This document shows, piece after piece, positions 62,661 to 64,000 of a DNA stretch of 64,000 nt; within the stretch, counting starts at the first letter, position 1, and every line of letters starts with the position of its first letter. The DNA is from Chiloscyllium plagiosum (Eukaryota). The notes beneath the pieces are model-generated. The model did no database searches, was not told where the DNA came from, and was given only the letters and a program-made list of their open reading frames with translations. Location: the NCBI RefSeq assembly GCF_004010195.1, contig NC_057718.1, forward strand, positions 78,480,935-78,544,934, given 5' to 3'. Made by a program: the position numbers and the translations under genes.

Positions 62661-64000
62661 AAAATTCAACGTCCTCAGGAAAAAAAATCACATTCGTGAT
62701 TTTGAATATTCCTTATTCGCAAAGCTTCTTAGTAATGGAACCCTCATAGATAATACGAAGGAATGACTTTGTAATTTAAAGAGTGAATTAAATGCTTCAG
62801 TATTTTGTTTTTAGCAAATGCATCTGCTAATGTTTAAATGGTTACCTGATATAATTAAAATTGTTTAAATGGTTACTTTTTAAAATATCCACATTCCTAG
62901 TTGCCACAATCGTGGGGTCTACCTACCAAACCCTGGGCCATTAAAATCATTCCATCACCAACTTTCACATGCTTCCTTCCTTCATGCAGTTCTGCTCCCA
63001 TTCATACCTCCTCTGCAGCCATTTTTATTACCACACCACCACCTAATATTGCTTTGCATCAGCATTTTTGTCATCTAGCACCTTGCTCTCTAGCACCATT
63101 TTACTTTATCAAATTTCACTTCCTTTGCTACCCTTCTCATTTTCCCTGTATCAGCTTAAAAGTTGTTTATATCTAAACATCTCTCCAAAATGCTGCCAGA
63201 CCTCCTGCATATTTGTACTTTTTCTGTTTTAACTTCCAGTATCTGCGTTTAGTTTGCTTTGGTTTGAAACTCATTCATTGATGTTAAAATAAATAACACA
63301 AAGGACTGTGACTTCAGTGTAAGCTCTTTGCAAATTAGACCCCTTATAAGGACATTCTGAACCAAAGTTCAGCTGGAAAATTGACCTTTGATTTTATCAT
63401 TTAATCATCCATCTAATCTCAGTGTTGCAATATACCTGTCCAGTGAACTGAATCCTACTGTCTCCATCGTCTTTGTTTAAAAGTGCACATTGTTAATCAG
63501 AGACGTATTTAAGATAAACGAAGAAGAGACAGGCATAACAATCTGGCCACAATGTATCTGGATTTGTTCCCTTATCACACTCTTCTCCAGTCACCCAATT
63601 AACAAATTTTAATTTCTAACATTATTTTCAAGATAGTTTCAGCTTAGCTTTATATTAGCTGAACTCATACAGATATACTGACAATGCCATGTCAAATCAT
63701 TGTACAGAGTTGTTCCCTTCTGTCAAATTTTGAATGGGATATGATGGTAGACAGGATTGATACTCCACATTAGGACATCAGTTGTTAAGTAGTTAATTTA
63801 ATAAAGAAAGGCTTACATTTATATAACATCTTTCATGGAGCCATTTATGTGTTACAATGTAGGAAGAATTGACAGCTTTATGAACAACAATGTCCCACAA
63901 ATAGCAATGAGAATTTTCAAAAACGTTGTTTTAAGCACGGTTGAAGAATTAATAATATCTCGGACACTGGGGAGATCACTTCTCTATTTCTTTGAATGGG

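Overview
Vertebrate genomic DNA, most likely from a shark or other elasmobranch, inferred from the HE1/V-SINE-type SINEs and the CR1 and Penelope repertoire. It has five N gaps. I can support one host gene: a + strand SLC22 organic cation transporter (SLC22A2/SLC22A3-like). Coding exons 2-11 (2439-38117) have GT-AG junctions and splice into one open frame of 426 aa plus stop. Exon 1 is not in the window. The rest is mostly nested transposons: CR1, L2-like, RTE, Rex1/Babar and Tx1 LINEs, tRNA-derived SINEs, several Penelope-like families, a Harbinger Myb remnant, a Tc1/mariner-type MITE and a solo LTR. Main observations: (1) more than a dozen minimal type I hammerhead ribozyme motifs in Penelope ends, with stems that covary between families, two intact copies lying in the sense strand of SLC22 intron 7; (2) a SINE that appears to have carried about 225 bp of Harbinger exon to a site 36 kb away (5' transduction); (3) a polyadenylated, 3'UTR-like fragment fused to a young CR1 inside one target-site duplication; (4) a 2 kb strand-biased segment with decayed ORFs that I cannot assign. 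Exon, hammerhead and TSD coordinates were counted by hand. Repeat boundaries are approximate and family names come from motif recognition, not database searches.
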